From: Clostridia bacterium
Lineage (GTDB): Bacteria > Bacillota > Clostridia > TANB77 > CAG-508
Reading direction: 5' to 3'
DNA length: 64,000 nucleotides
NCBI GenBank assembly: GCA_017409455.1
Contig: JAFQSS010000028.1
Coordinates: forward strand, 78,104 to 142,103
Position 1 is the stretch's first letter. Every line of letters begins with the position of its first letter. Below, piece after piece: positions 18,746 to 28,603 of the stretch. The notes beneath the pieces are model-generated. The model had not been told where the DNA came from, did no database searches, and worked only from the letters and a program-made list of their open reading frames with translations. Both the position numbers and the translations under genes were made by a program.

Positions 18746-19657
18746 TTAGTCTTTCTTAAATAAATTTTTGATTGTTTCTTTTAAAGGTTTTCTTTGCTTT
18801 TTTTCTTTTGCTTCATTCAATCTTTTGGTAACTATATTATTTATTAATATTTTTTTCAAAACATCTTCTCTAACATCTGCTATTAATGTACCATCTTTTG
18901 CAACTGAAACTTTTCCAGTTTCTTCTGATACTATTATTGCTATACTATCAGATTCTTTTGAAACACCAATTCCTGCTCTGTGGCGAGTTCCTAGCTCTTT
19001 TGCTATATCATTATCACTTGCTAGTGGTAACATACATGCTGCTGCTGCTATTTTGTTATTACTTATTACAACTGCACCATCATGTAATGGTGTATTTGGA
19101 ACAAATATATTTACTAATAATTGAGGAGATACTTCTGAATCCATAGGAATTCCTGTTGCTATTATATCTTTAATTTGTATATCTCTTTCCATTACAATTA
19201 ATGCACCTGTTCTTTTTTTGGCTAATTCATATACTGCTATAACTACTTTATAAATATCTTCTTTTGTTTTAGTTATTATATCTTTGTCAAGTCCAAAAAA
19301 TCTTGCGAATCTATTAGTTCCCCCTAATTGCTCTAGTGCTCGTCTTATTTCTGGTTGAAATATTATTATTATAAGAATAACTCCCCAATCCATTACTGTT
19401 GATAATATGTAATTTAATACATTTAAATTAAAAAATGAACTTACAGATGTAGCAATTATCAAAAAAGCTATTCCTTTTACTAATTGCCATGCACGTGAAT
19501 CTTTTACTATTTGCAATAGTTTATATCCCAAAAATATTACTATTACCAAATCTAATATTAATGTAACTAATTTAATTGGATATTCTTGCCATAGTCTTAT
19601 ATGTGATAATATGTTTTGATCATAAAAGCTATTTAAGATATCTCCTATATTATTCAT
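18746..19657 (-). CDS. cdaA: diadenylate cyclase CdaA (DisA_N domain, three N-terminal TM helices)
   Basis: RRALEQLG, GALIVMERD, LHDGAVVI and RHRAGIGVSKESDSIAIIVSEETGKVS. Confidence 0.85.
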   Translation of the reverse strand: MNNIGDILNSFYDQNILSHIRLWQEYPIKLVTLILDLVIVIFLGYKLLQIVKDSRAWQLVKGIAFLIIATSVSSFFNLNVLNYILSTVMDWGVILIIIIFQPEIRRALEQLGGTNRFARFFGLDKDIITKTKEDIYKVVIAVYELAKKRTGALIVMERDIQIKDIIATGIPMDSEVSPQLLVNIFVPNTPLHDGAVVISNNKIAAAACMLPLASDNDIAKELGTRHRAGIGVSKESDSIAIIVSEETGKVSVAKDGTLIADVREDVLKKILINNIVTKRLNEAKEKKQRKPLKETIKNLFKKD

Positions 19658-19673
19658 TTAAATTCTCCTTTTA

Positions 19674-19817
19674 TTATTTTACTGCTGCCATAACATAATA
19701 TATACATGTTGAACAAGATGCTAATATCATTGCTGATAATAAAATTATTGCCATTAATTTTCCAAATATTTTTCTTTTATCTGATTTATTTTTTATTTTT
19801 TCTTGTTTATTTTTCAT
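19674..19817 (-). CDS. small hypothetical membrane protein (47 aa)
   Basis: Hand translation: MKNKQEKIKNKSDKRKIFGKLMAIILLSAMILASCSTCIYYVMAAVK*. GAGAGGA SD sequence about 8 nt upstream. Too short for the ORF track. Confidence 0.35.
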   Translation of the reverse strand: MKNKQEKIKNKSDKRKIFGKLMAIILLSAMILASCSTCIYYVMAAVK

Positions 19818-19879
19818 TTTTCATCATCCTCTCTCTATTTATGACTACAAAATATATTATAACATAATTTTTGCTTTTT

Positions 19880-21139
19880 TCAATATATTTTGTAAATTTC
19901 CAATATTCTTCTCTCAGCTTCTTTTAATTTTATTTCATCATTAGCACATACATATGCTAAGAAATCATTTTCTACAACTTCATCTCCAACTTTTTTATTT
20001 AAAATGATTCCAACATTTGATTCAATTGTATCTTCTTTATTAACTCTACCAGCGCCTAAATAACATGCTAATTTTCCGATTTCTTCAGCGTTTATTTCTT
20101 TAACTTTTCCTGTTTTTTCTGCTACAACAGCTGAAATATATTTAGATTTTTCAAATTTAGTTGTATCTTCTAAATAACTAATATCTCCGCCTTGATTTTG
20201 AACCATTTCTTTGAATTTGTTATATGCAGCTCCATTTTCTATATTTTCTAGCATCTTTAATTTATTTTCTTCTATATTATTCCCTTTTCCTGCAAGTTGA
20301 AGCATATTAGCCCCAAGTTCTAGTACTACTTCTTTTAAATCTTTTGGCATATCTCCTTTTAAGAAATTTATTGCCTCTATTACTTCTAAAGAATTTCCTA
20401 CAGCATACCCTAATGGTTGATCCATAGGTGTTAACACACATCTAACTTCTTTTCCTGCTAAATTTCCTATCCTTACCATTTGTTCAGCTAGTTTTTGCGC
20501 ATCTTCTCTTGTTTTCATAAATGCACCTTTTCCAACAGTTACATCTAAAACTATTTTATTTGCTCCACTTGCTATTTTTTTACTCATTATACTTGATGCT
20601 ATAAGAGGAATATTTTCTACACATGATATTGTATCTCTTAAAGCATATATTTTTTTATCAGCCGGAGCTAAATTCATTGTTTGTGTTATCATACTTATTC
20701 CAACTTTTTCAACATTTGAAATAAATTGTTCTATTTCTGCATTTGTTCTATATCCTGGTATTGATTCCATCTTATCAGCAGTACCACCAGTAAAACCAAG
20801 TCCTCTTCCTGACATCTTAGCAACTGGTACTCCCATTGATGCTATTGTTGGCAGTAAAATAATTGAAACTTTATCACCTACTCCACCAGTACTATGTTTA
20901 TCAACAACATCTGTTCCAAAACGTGACAAATCTAGTACATCTCCAGAATGCGCCATTGCTAATGTTAAATCTGTTATTTCCCTATCATTCATTCCATTTA
21001 TATATATTGCCATTATTAATGCCGCTGCTTGATAGTCTTTTATTTTATCTTCTGTATATCCTTTTACAAAATATTCTATCTCTTCTTTGCTTAATTCTTT
21101 TGCATCTCTTTTGTTAGCAATAATGTCTAAAATATTCAT
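19880..21139 (-). CDS. pdp: pyrimidine-nucleoside (thymidine) phosphorylase
   Basis: 419 aa. DKHSTGGVGDK and GRGLGFTGGTADK motifs with conserved N-terminal helical domain. Confidence 0.85.
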   Translation of the reverse strand: MNILDIIANKRDAKELSKEEIEYFVKGYTEDKIKDYQAAALIMAIYINGMNDREITDLTLAMAHSGDVLDLSRFGTDVVDKHSTGGVGDKVSIILLPTIASMGVPVAKMSGRGLGFTGGTADKMESIPGYRTNAEIEQFISNVEKVGISMITQTMNLAPADKKIYALRDTISCVENIPLIASSIMSKKIASGANKIVLDVTVGKGAFMKTREDAQKLAEQMVRIGNLAGKEVRCVLTPMDQPLGYAVGNSLEVIEAINFLKGDMPKDLKEVVLELGANMLQLAGKGNNIEENKLKMLENIENGAAYNKFKEMVQNQGGDISYLEDTTKFEKSKYISAVVAEKTGKVKEINAEEIGKLACYLGAGRVNKEDTIESNVGIILNKKVGDEVVENDFLAYVCANDEIKLKEAERRILEIYKIY

Positions 21140-21154
21140 TTGTAACCTCCTGTT

Positions 21155-21781
21155 TTAAACGAAGTTTTTGGTAAAACTCCTTCTATGTATTGGACAAAGT
21201 CCATGTTCTTTAATTGCTGAAATGTGTGCAGAAGTACCATATCCTTTATGTTTTTCAAAACCATATTCAGGATAAACTCTATCCCATTCACGCATAATTC
21301 TATCTCTTGTAACTTTAGCAATTATAGAAGCTGCTGCAATTGAATAACATTTAGCATCACCTTTAATTATAGAGTCATAAGGAATTCCTAATGTATCAAT
21401 TCCATTTAATGCATCAACTAAAATTAAATCAGGTCTTTGAGAAAGTTCTTGTAAAGAAACAGTTACTCCTTTTTTAGTTGCATTCAATATATTTATTTCA
21501 TCAATTTCATCTTGACCAATTATAGCAACTCCATAACTTATAGCCTCTTCTAATATTTGTTCATATATTTTTTCTCTTTTTTTCTCTGAAATCTTTTTAG
21601 AATCATTTACACCTTCAATCATTGAATCTACTGGCATTATTACACTTGCAATAACAACAGGACCTGCTAGAGGTCCTCTTCCCGCTTCATCTATTCCACA
21701 TATATATTTAAATCCTTTTTTTCTTAATTCATTCTCTTTTTCCTTTAGTTCTAATAATCTTGCTTCTTCTTTTTCTTTCAT
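21155..21781 (-). CDS. rnhB: ribonuclease HII
   Basis: GIDEAGRGPLAGPVV, DSKKIS and ASIIAKVTRD motifs. Confidence 0.9.
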   Translation of the reverse strand: MKEKEEARLLELKEKENELRKKGFKYICGIDEAGRGPLAGPVVIASVIMPVDSMIEGVNDSKKISEKKREKIYEQILEEAISYGVAIIGQDEIDEINILNATKKGVTVSLQELSQRPDLILVDALNGIDTLGIPYDSIIKGDAKCYSIAAASIIAKVTRDRIMREWDRVYPEYGFEKHKGYGTSAHISAIKEHGLCPIHRRSFTKNFV

Positions 21782-21797
21782 TTTGCTACATCCTTCC

Positions 21798-22325
21798 TTA
21801 TGATTGACCTTCAGTATTTGTACTTATAATTTGTGTTAATGTATATTTTCCGTTATATCCTTTTGTATTTATAACTTCTACATCTGCATTAGAAAAGTTA
21901 TATTTTACAATAATATATCCATTTTCTTCCTCATCAATATTTTTTATTCCCATTTCTGTTAGTGTTGCTTCATCTAAATAATAGCAACTTTCATCAAAAA
22001 CAACATCTGGTATATCTTTAACTGAATTTTGAACCTTTTCAGGAGAATTACTTAATATGGTTCCATCTAAATTTTGTTGTTTTGCTTCATTTATTTTTGT
22101 TAAATCATCCTCTTTACTTGCATCTAAATTCACCGTTTCAAAACACACTTGTTCAAGACCTTTCTTTGCTTCTGCTTGTATTAAAAGCATATCTGTTCTT
22201 AAATCTTGCACATTTGTTTCCATCATCATTTCTTTTGCATAATTTATTATAGTTACTGCTCCAATTATTATTAAAATTGTCATAATTAATAATATAACTG
22301 TTGACTTTCCACTTTCATTTCCCAT
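21798..22325 (-). CDS. hypothetical membrane-anchored protein
   Basis: 175 aa with one N-terminal TM helix. No recognisable family. Confidence 0.4.
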   Translation of the reverse strand: MGNESGKSTVILLIMTILIIIGAVTIINYAKEMMMETNVQDLRTDMLLIQAEAKKGLEQVCFETVNLDASKEDDLTKINEAKQQNLDGTILSNSPEKVQNSVKDIPDVVFDESCYYLDEATLTEMGIKNIDEEENGYIIVKYNFSNADVEVINTKGYNGKYTLTQIISTNTEGQS

Positions 22326-22389
22326 ATAATATCCTCCATAGGTATATTATATATATTGTGCACTTTATTTTCAAGCAATTAAATAAAAA

Positions 22390-22834
22390 TTTTAAAATTC
22401 GATGTGGAATGCCGGAGTTGCCCCTCAGCCCCTGTGGGTAATAAAATAAATGAAGGATTTTGTGTATCTAAATTTGGCATTAGATATTCTTATTCAATCC
22501 AATGAGGGATGTTCACGGACACGTAATTATTTGTGTATTTTTCATAAATCCCTCGGTTCCCCTTCATAACATTAACAAATTCTAAAACAAAAATCACAAC
22601 TATACCCGAAAACAGGACCCTTTATGATTTTTGTTTAAGAATTTGTAACACTATTGCGGTCGCATTCGTTATTTATTCAAAATACACAAATAATTACGTG
22701 TGCCTGAGTGAAAGAGGCTCATTGGATTGGATTAGAATTGCAATGACAAATTTGGCTTATCCAAAATTCGTAATGCATTTTATTACCCACAGGGGCTGAG
22801 GGGCAACTCCGGCATTCCACATCGAATTTTAAAA
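22390..22834. mobile_element. 445-bp palindromic MITE-like element (or long-hairpin RNA) with about 50-bp perfect GC-rich terminal inverted repeats
   Basis: TCGATGTGGAATGCCGGAGTTGCCCCTCAGCCCCTGTGGGTAATAAAAT (from 22399) is the exact reverse complement of the right end (to 22825). Internal arms pair partially, for example CACGTAATTATTTGTGTATTTT with AAAATACACAAATAATTACGTG. Confidence 0.65.
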
Positions 22835-22909
22835 AATATTTTTACTTGCTTTTCACAAAATTTTCACAAATATAGTGTATTATATAAATGTATTAAGGAG
22901 GATTTTATA

Positions 22910-24145
22910 ATGGAAGAAAACGAAAATAGATTTGAAGTAATTTCAGGTAGAAATTATAATACAAATTATAAACAATCAACTGGATTTGGAAAAACAATTT
23001 TATTACCATTTTTAAGTGGTATAGCAGGGTGTGCATTAGTTATAGGAACATGTTTCGGAGTACCTTCAATAAAGGAAAAAATAATTGGAGAAACTACAGT
23101 TAATACAACTATTCAAACTTCTATTCCAAGTGGAACAACAGCAAATTTAGTTTCACTTTCAAATTTTTCTAACACTGCTGTATTTGCTGCAAATAAAATA
23201 TTGCCATCAATTGTAGGAATACAAGTAACTTATACAGCAACATCAAATTCAATGTTTGGATTTGGTATGCCTATAACATCGGAGGCAACAGCAACTGGTT
23301 CAGGAATAATAATTAGTGAGGATGGATATATTGTAACAAATAACCATGTTATAGACACAAGCTCATCAAATTCTTCATATTCATATTATAGTATTTCTGA
23401 TGCCACATCAGTAAAAATTAAATTATATGGCTCAGATGAACTTTATGATGCTAAAATAGTTGGAAAAGATTCTCAAACAGATTTAGCTGTTTTAAAAATT
23501 GATAAAACTGGATTAACCGCTGCAGAATTCACAAATTCAGATGAAGCTACTGTTGGAGAATTTGCAATGGCTGTTGGTAGTCCTTTAGGATTAGATACAA
23601 CTGTTACAACAGGAATTATTAGTGCAGTTAATAGAGAAGTTGAAGCAGATGGAACTACATATGTATGTATTCAAACAGATGCAGCAATCAACTCTGGAAA
23701 CAGTGGTGGTGCACTTGTTAATAGTGAAGGTAAAGTAATTGGTATAAATACTTTAAAATTGTCAGGTTCAGGTGTTGAAGGTATAGGATTTGCAATTCCA
23801 ATAAACTCTACTATTGATGTAATTGATGATTTAATTGAATATAATAAAGTTTTAAGACCATATATAGGAATTGGCGGTATCGACTTAGATGAACAAACAG
23901 TTAAATATTATAAGTTAGCTTCATTGGGTGTTTATATCAAAAATGTCCAAGACTTCTCCCCTGCTGAAAAAGCCGGATTACAAGCTGGAGATATTATCAT
24001 TAAGGCTGATGGAAAAGATATAAAAAATATGGAAGAATTAAATCAAATCAAAAATTCCCATCAAATAGGAGAAACAATGACTTTAATAATCAATAGAAAT
24101 GGGACAGAAAAAGAAATTATAATAACACTTGAAGAAACTCCTTAA
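22910..24145 (+). CDS. htrA: HtrA/DegP-family serine protease with PDZ domain
   Basis: N-terminal TM helix, trypsin-like triad context (TNNHV, DLAVLK, GNSGGAL) and a C-terminal PDZ domain. Confidence 0.85.
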   Translation: MEENENRFEVISGRNYNTNYKQSTGFGKTILLPFLSGIAGCALVIGTCFGVPSIKEKIIGETTVNTTIQTSIPSGTTANLVSLSNFSNTAVFAANKILPSIVGIQVTYTATSNSMFGFGMPITSEATATGSGIIISEDGYIVTNNHVIDTSSSNSSYSYYSISDATSVKIKLYGSDELYDAKIVGKDSQTDLAVLKIDKTGLTAAEFTNSDEATVGEFAMAVGSPLGLDTTVTTGIISAVNREVEADGTTYVCIQTDAAINSGNSGGALVNSEGKVIGINTLKLSGSGVEGIGFAIPINSTIDVIDDLIEYNKVLRPYIGIGGIDLDEQTVKYYKLASLGVYIKNVQDFSPAEKAGLQAGDIIIKADGKDIKNMEELNQIKNSHQIGETMTLIINRNGTEKEIIITLEETP

Positions 24146-24250
24146 GTTTCCAAGATTTCACTTTAAGTTCACACAATGAACAAATTTCATTGTTATACTA
24201 TAACTATAGTCAGTAGAAACTGATTAAAACAAACATCCCCTTTTATTTTC

Positions 24251-24318
24251 AAAAACCCGGACCAAAAGGACCGGGTCTTTTTTTGCTAAAAGGATAAAAA
24301 GGGATCAAGTCCCTTTTT
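24251..24318. repeat. REP-like palindrome cluster between convergent htrA and the 285-aa gene
   Basis: AAAAACCCGGACCAAAAGGACCGGGTCTTTTTTT ... AAAAAGGGATCAAGTCCCTTTTT. Confidence 0.6.
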
Positions 24319-24322
24319 ACCT

Positions 24323-25180
24323 TTACATTACTACTATATCCATTTCACTTGTATGATTTTCATTACCATATGCATAAATTATATATAATGCATTATCTTT
24401 TCCCATAAAATAATCAGTAATATTATTAACACTATAAATATCACTTGTATAATCTCTAGCATAAATATTATATCCTAAATTCCTAAGTTCTTCTACTCTT
24501 TCTTGAACTGTCTTTATTTCATCTCTTATTTTTTGACCCGCTTCTTTTTTAGTAATACCTTTTAACTCTAGCATTTGGTCTATTGTGCATTTCTTTTTGT
24601 TTGCCAAATCATAATTATATGTTTGCACTATATCTCTTTGTGCATTTGCACCTTCTTTTAATGTTGATCTTACAACTAGTGATAATATGTTATTTGAAAT
24701 GTATGCACTATAATCTACAGTGTAAATTATATTATTATTTTGGCTATTTAAAACGCTTTTTGCTTTAGTTTCAAATATTTCTTTTATTTGTTCATTAAAT
24801 TCTTTTATTGTTTCATTTTGTATGTTTATATATGGTATATTTACATCTACTTCATAGTCATTTGATTTTGTATCATGATTTTTATATCCTATATATACAA
24901 TTTCTTCATCTTCTTTTATTTTAGATATTTTATATCTATTATTTTCTAAATAATTGACTTTATTTTCAAATATATTATTAAACTCTTCTTTATATTGACT
25001 TATTTTATCATTTGTTAATTCTGGTAGCTTAGTAGTCTCTCCTGTAGCCGGCTCATTATTGTTTGCTATTTGTATCATAAGAGCTGCTATTATTGAAATT
25101 ATACATATTGCTATTATTGATATATAAAATATTTTTAATAATGTTTTATTTTTGTTTTCCTGTTCCTTAATTACGTTCAT
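24323..25180 (-). CDS. hypothetical membrane-anchored extracytoplasmic protein
   Basis: 285 aa with an N-terminal TM helix. No motif I can assign confidently. Confidence 0.4.
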   Translation of the reverse strand: MNVIKEQENKNKTLLKIFYISIIAICIISIIAALMIQIANNNEPATGETTKLPELTNDKISQYKEEFNNIFENKVNYLENNRYKISKIKEDEEIVYIGYKNHDTKSNDYEVDVNIPYINIQNETIKEFNEQIKEIFETKAKSVLNSQNNNIIYTVDYSAYISNNILSLVVRSTLKEGANAQRDIVQTYNYDLANKKKCTIDQMLELKGITKKEAGQKIRDEIKTVQERVEELRNLGYNIYARDYTSDIYSVNNITDYFMGKDNALYIIYAYGNENHTSEMDIVVM

Positions 25181-25237
25181 CTTTTATCCTCCGTATCTAT
25201 ATTTTATTATCTTTTGAAAAAAATTGCAATACTTTGA

Positions 25238-25380
25238 CTAGTTTTTCATATATTTTAACTTGGTAGCCATTCCTCCTCTTATGTGTCTTTCAGCTTTGTT
25301 TTCATCTAATATTTCTCGTACTTCTCTAGCCAGCGCTGGGCTAATTTTTACTAACCTTTCTGTAATGTCTTTATGTACTG
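25238..25380 (-). pseudogene. spoIIID: spoIIID 3' segment (C-terminal 46 codons plus stop), separated from its 5' segment by the intervening element
   Basis: Hand translation: VHKDITERLVKISPALAREVREILDENKAERHIRGGMATKLKYMKN*. This is collinear with B. subtilis SpoIIID ...VHKDLTERLPEINPDLANEVKEILDYHKSIRHLRGGEATKLKY. Confidence 0.9.
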
Positions 25381-26948
25381 ATGTTACTTTCTGTAACGGT
25401 TAAAATATCTTCAAATTTTGTTATTACAGGTTGATTTGTTCCTATTTCATTTAGTAGTTTTAACCTTACTTCTATGTTTGCGTCATCGTCTACTTCAATT
25501 ACATCTATTATTGTTTTTAGCATTGCATTTGTGATTGTTTGATTGTTTAGAATATCATCTACAGTATTTATTGTTTTGCTAAGTTCTTTTTGTAGTACAT
25601 CTTTTTCTTTGATTTCTGATGTGATTAATTTTAGTTCTCTTTCTAATCTTGCAATATCTTCATTTAATGGATTCGTATATTTCTTTAATTCTTGTATATT
25701 GATTACTTCATTTTGAAACATTTCCATATATTTTTGTTTTTTTACTGTTACTTTTTCAATTTCTTGTAATAAGCTTTGTTCACTTCTTTCGTTTGTTTCT
25801 CTTAATTTTGTTATTTTTTCGAATTCTTTTTCTACAAATTTCATAAAGTTCTTTTTATTTGATATTATACTTTTTAGATATATTTTTATTGCATTTAATA
25901 ATTCTTCTTCATCTATTGTTGTTGCATTTGGGCAATGATTTACACCCATTGAATTTCTGCCACTACATACCCATCTTATATATTCTTTTCCCTCTGCAGT
26001 GTATTTTCTTTTCATTCTTCTAAATGAATAACCACAATGTTTACAATATATAAGTGTACTAAAAACATATTCTGTTTTTTCTCTTTTGTTGTTTAGTTTA
26101 AATTCGTTTGATCTTTGTTCCAAAAGTGCTTGTGCTCTATTGAATAGTTCATCTGATATTATTCTCATCTCTGGTCTTTGAACAACTACCCATTCTTCTT
26201 CTGGTAAGTCTTTTCTTGTTCCTGTTATAAAATCTGTTACCTCTGATTTTTTGTTTGTTACTCTACCTGTATATATTTGATTTTTAAGCATTCTTACAAT
26301 AGATGTTTGCACCCATTTTGATTTTGTTTTCTTTGTTCTTATTCCTCTATCGTTTAAGTTCCAAGCAATTTTTGTTGTTCCTACTCCTTTATATACATAG
26401 CTTTCAAATATTTCTTTTACAATTTTAGCTTCTTCTTCATTTATTTTTAAAGTATATCTTTCATCTGGAATTTTATCATACCCAAATACTAGGTTAGGCA
26501 CTCTTCCTTTTTGTGCAGTAATATCTTTACCGAATTTAACCCTTTTAGACATGTTTGCACTTTCTTGTTGTGCCATTGCTCCTAAAATTGTTAATATAAA
26601 TTCAGAGCCACCTTCCATTACTTCTCCATTGTTTAAGAAATCTACTTGCACACCATAAGATTTTAGCTCTCTTACACTCTGCAATAAATCTACTGTATTT
26701 CTTGCAAAACGACTTACGTCTTTTACAACTACTTTATCAAATTTTTTAAGTTTAGCATCTTGCATCATTTGCTGAAATTGTTTTCTATGTTTTATTTGCT
26801 TTCCTGATATTCCTTCATCTGCATATAGCTTGTACAATTCATATCCATTCTTTTTTGTAAATTCATTGAAAAACTCTATTTGCTTTTCTAATGAATCTAT
26901 TTGTGCTTCTTTTTCAGTTGATACCCTACAATATGCTGCAATTTTCAT
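25371..26948 (-). CDS. large serine recombinase (resolvase domain, recombinase domain, zinc ribbon, coiled coil)
   Basis: MKIAAYCRVSTEKEAQIDSLEKQ (catalytic Ser context), a CKHCG...C..RNSMGVNHC zinc ribbon and a long C-terminal coiled coil. 525 aa. Confidence 0.9.
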   Translation of the reverse strand: MKIAAYCRVSTEKEAQIDSLEKQIEFFNEFTKKNGYELYKLYADEGISGKQIKHRKQFQQMMQDAKLKKFDKVVVKDVSRFARNTVDLLQSVRELKSYGVQVDFLNNGEVMEGGSEFILTILGAMAQQESANMSKRVKFGKDITAQKGRVPNLVFGYDKIPDERYTLKINEEEAKIVKEIFESYVYKGVGTTKIAWNLNDRGIRTKKTKSKWVQTSIVRMLKNQIYTGRVTNKKSEVTDFITGTRKDLPEEEWVVVQRPEMRIISDELFNRAQALLEQRSNEFKLNNKREKTEYVFSTLIYCKHCGYSFRRMKRKYTAEGKEYIRWVCSGRNSMGVNHCPNATTIDEEELLNAIKIYLKSIISNKKNFMKFVEKEFEKITKLRETNERSEQSLLQEIEKVTVKKQKYMEMFQNEVINIQELKKYTNPLNEDIARLERELKLITSEIKEKDVLQKELSKTINTVDDILNNQTITNAMLKTIIDVIEVDDDANIEVRLKLLNEIGTNQPVITKFEDILTVTESNIST

Positions 26949-26998
26949 AAAACAATCTCTCCTTTACAATTTCAGTTTCATAGCTTTCGTTCTGTTAC

Positions 26999-27027
26999 AT
27001 TTTAGCATATCAGTTTCAATTTTTCAA
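26999..27027 (-). promoter_or_regulatory. sigmaA-like promoter upstream of the recombinase gene
   Basis: On the minus strand, TTGAAA-17 nt-TAAAAT preceded by TGc. Lies after the terminator hairpin CTATTCCTAAAAATAGGAGTAG plus T-run of the upstream gene. Confidence 0.4.
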
Positions 27028-27082
27028 TATAAAAGCACAAAAAAACTACTCCTATTTTTAGGAATAGTTTTAAACCTGACAA

Positions 27083-28603
27083 TTAAAATTTATTTATTAT
27101 ATATTTTCTATTTCTATTTGCTCCCTTAGCAATAATAAAATTATCCTTTGCCATTTTAGATAATATTGCTCTTGCTCTCTGTTGTGATAACCCTAATAAT
27201 TCACTTGCAATATTTGTTGTAATATATTCATTTTGTTTTAAATACTCTAAAATCTTATCGCTTGTTTTATCGCTTGTTTTATCGCTTGTTTTATCGCTCA
27301 TTTTTATATTTTCATGATTTTTTAATTCTTCTGGATATAGTTCAGGATACTCTCCATTATAGAATGTAACAACAAAATCTTCTCTTTCATTAATAAATAT
27401 GGGTTCTGGCAATTTGGCTTCTTTCATTTTATCTTCCATAGTCGAAATTCCCGTATGTCTATTTTCAATTATGCCACCCAATATTTCTAATAATTTTACA
27501 ATAGTTTCGTTTCTTACCTCCATTGCTTTTCTCGTTTTTAATAATTCTAAAGTATTTGATCCATATAAATTTCCGACATTTCTAAATTCAATTCTATCCT
27601 TATATATAGTAACCATACTATATACACCTGTTTTTAAATCGCTATAATCTCTATGAATAATCATATTAGCTATAGCTTCTCTCAATGCATCTATCGGATA
27701 TTGTGTTATATCTGTTCTAAATCCTGTTTTATCACTGATAATAACCTTGACCTTCATATTCCTACTTATAAAACTTATTGTTTCTTGATACATTTCAGCT
27801 ATATTGCCTTCAATTCTTTTATTATCATCAAATCTTTGCCCAATTTCTCCTAAGTTAGAAACCTCAAATCCAGGAATTACTATTGCTGCAACAAACCATT
27901 GTGGGAAGAACCTTTGTGGATATATACCAAAAACCATTAGACCTGCAACAGTAGGGAATATTTTATCTTCCACTTGTGTTAAAACTCCATATTGCAACAA
28001 TATTTCTTCATCACTAAATTCCGCAAATTTAGGCTTATCTATTTTAGCATTAACTATAAATTTATTTAAAAGATTTGCGTCTAAATCTTTTATAGTTGCT
28101 CTAGTAACGGCTTTTAAATCATCTTTTGCATTTTCTCTATATGAAATACACTTATATATTTCATATTCAGTCATATGATCATCTCTATCTCCAACTCTTA
28201 TATATGAACCATTGTGCAATCCTTTTGGCTTGTAATAGCAAGGTTTATTTCTTGGATTTAATGCATTAATTTCTACTACAACTATTTTATTATTATCTAT
28301 ATCTACTACACTTATTTCAGGTCTTACAATTGGTTCAAATTCTGTACTACATAAGTTAGTTATATGCCTTTGCAAATCACTTACATCATGAACTCCTACT
28401 GGAATAAATACTGTTTTATTTTTAATTTTCGTTTCTTCAACTCCAAATAGTATTGTACCACCCATAGTATTAGAAAAGCTTGATACAGTATCATAATATT
28501 TTTCTGGTTTGCCTTTATTGGCTGTTTTAGCTTCAATACAAATAGTTTCTGTTTGCTTTTCATTTAATTCTTGAATCAATTCTAAAACTCTTTCTTTATC
28601 CAT
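27083..28603 (-). CDS. AlbA_2 (Schlafen-type) DNA-binding domain protein with ATPase-like middle region and C-terminal wHTH
   Basis: 506 aa. N-terminus E.K....K.....YDTVSSFSNTMGGTILFGVEE resembles AlbA_2. REAIANMIIHRDY is typical of this family (often mis-annotated as RecG-like). C-terminal HTH LGLSQQRARAILSKM. Confidence 0.6.
   Translation of the reverse strand: MDKERVLELIQELNEKQTETICIEAKTANKGKPEKYYDTVSSFSNTMGGTILFGVEETKIKNKTVFIPVGVHDVSDLQRHITNLCSTEFEPIVRPEISVVDIDNNKIVVVEINALNPRNKPCYYKPKGLHNGSYIRVGDRDDHMTEYEIYKCISYRENAKDDLKAVTRATIKDLDANLLNKFIVNAKIDKPKFAEFSDEEILLQYGVLTQVEDKIFPTVAGLMVFGIYPQRFFPQWFVAAIVIPGFEVSNLGEIGQRFDDNKRIEGNIAEMYQETISFISRNMKVKVIISDKTGFRTDITQYPIDALREAIANMIIHRDYSDLKTGVYSMVTIYKDRIEFRNVGNLYGSNTLELLKTRKAMEVRNETIVKLLEILGGIIENRHTGISTMEDKMKEAKLPEPIFINEREDFVVTFYNGEYPELYPEELKNHENIKMSDKTSDKTSDKTSDKILEYLKQNEYITTNIASELLGLSQQRARAILSKMAKDNFIIAKGANRNRKYIINKF
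27255..27299. repeat. 4 x 12-bp tandem repeat inside the AlbA_2 gene, encoding (SDKT)n
   Basis: TTATCGCTTGTT repeated; the protein reads SDKTSDKTSDKTSDK. Confidence 0.85.
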
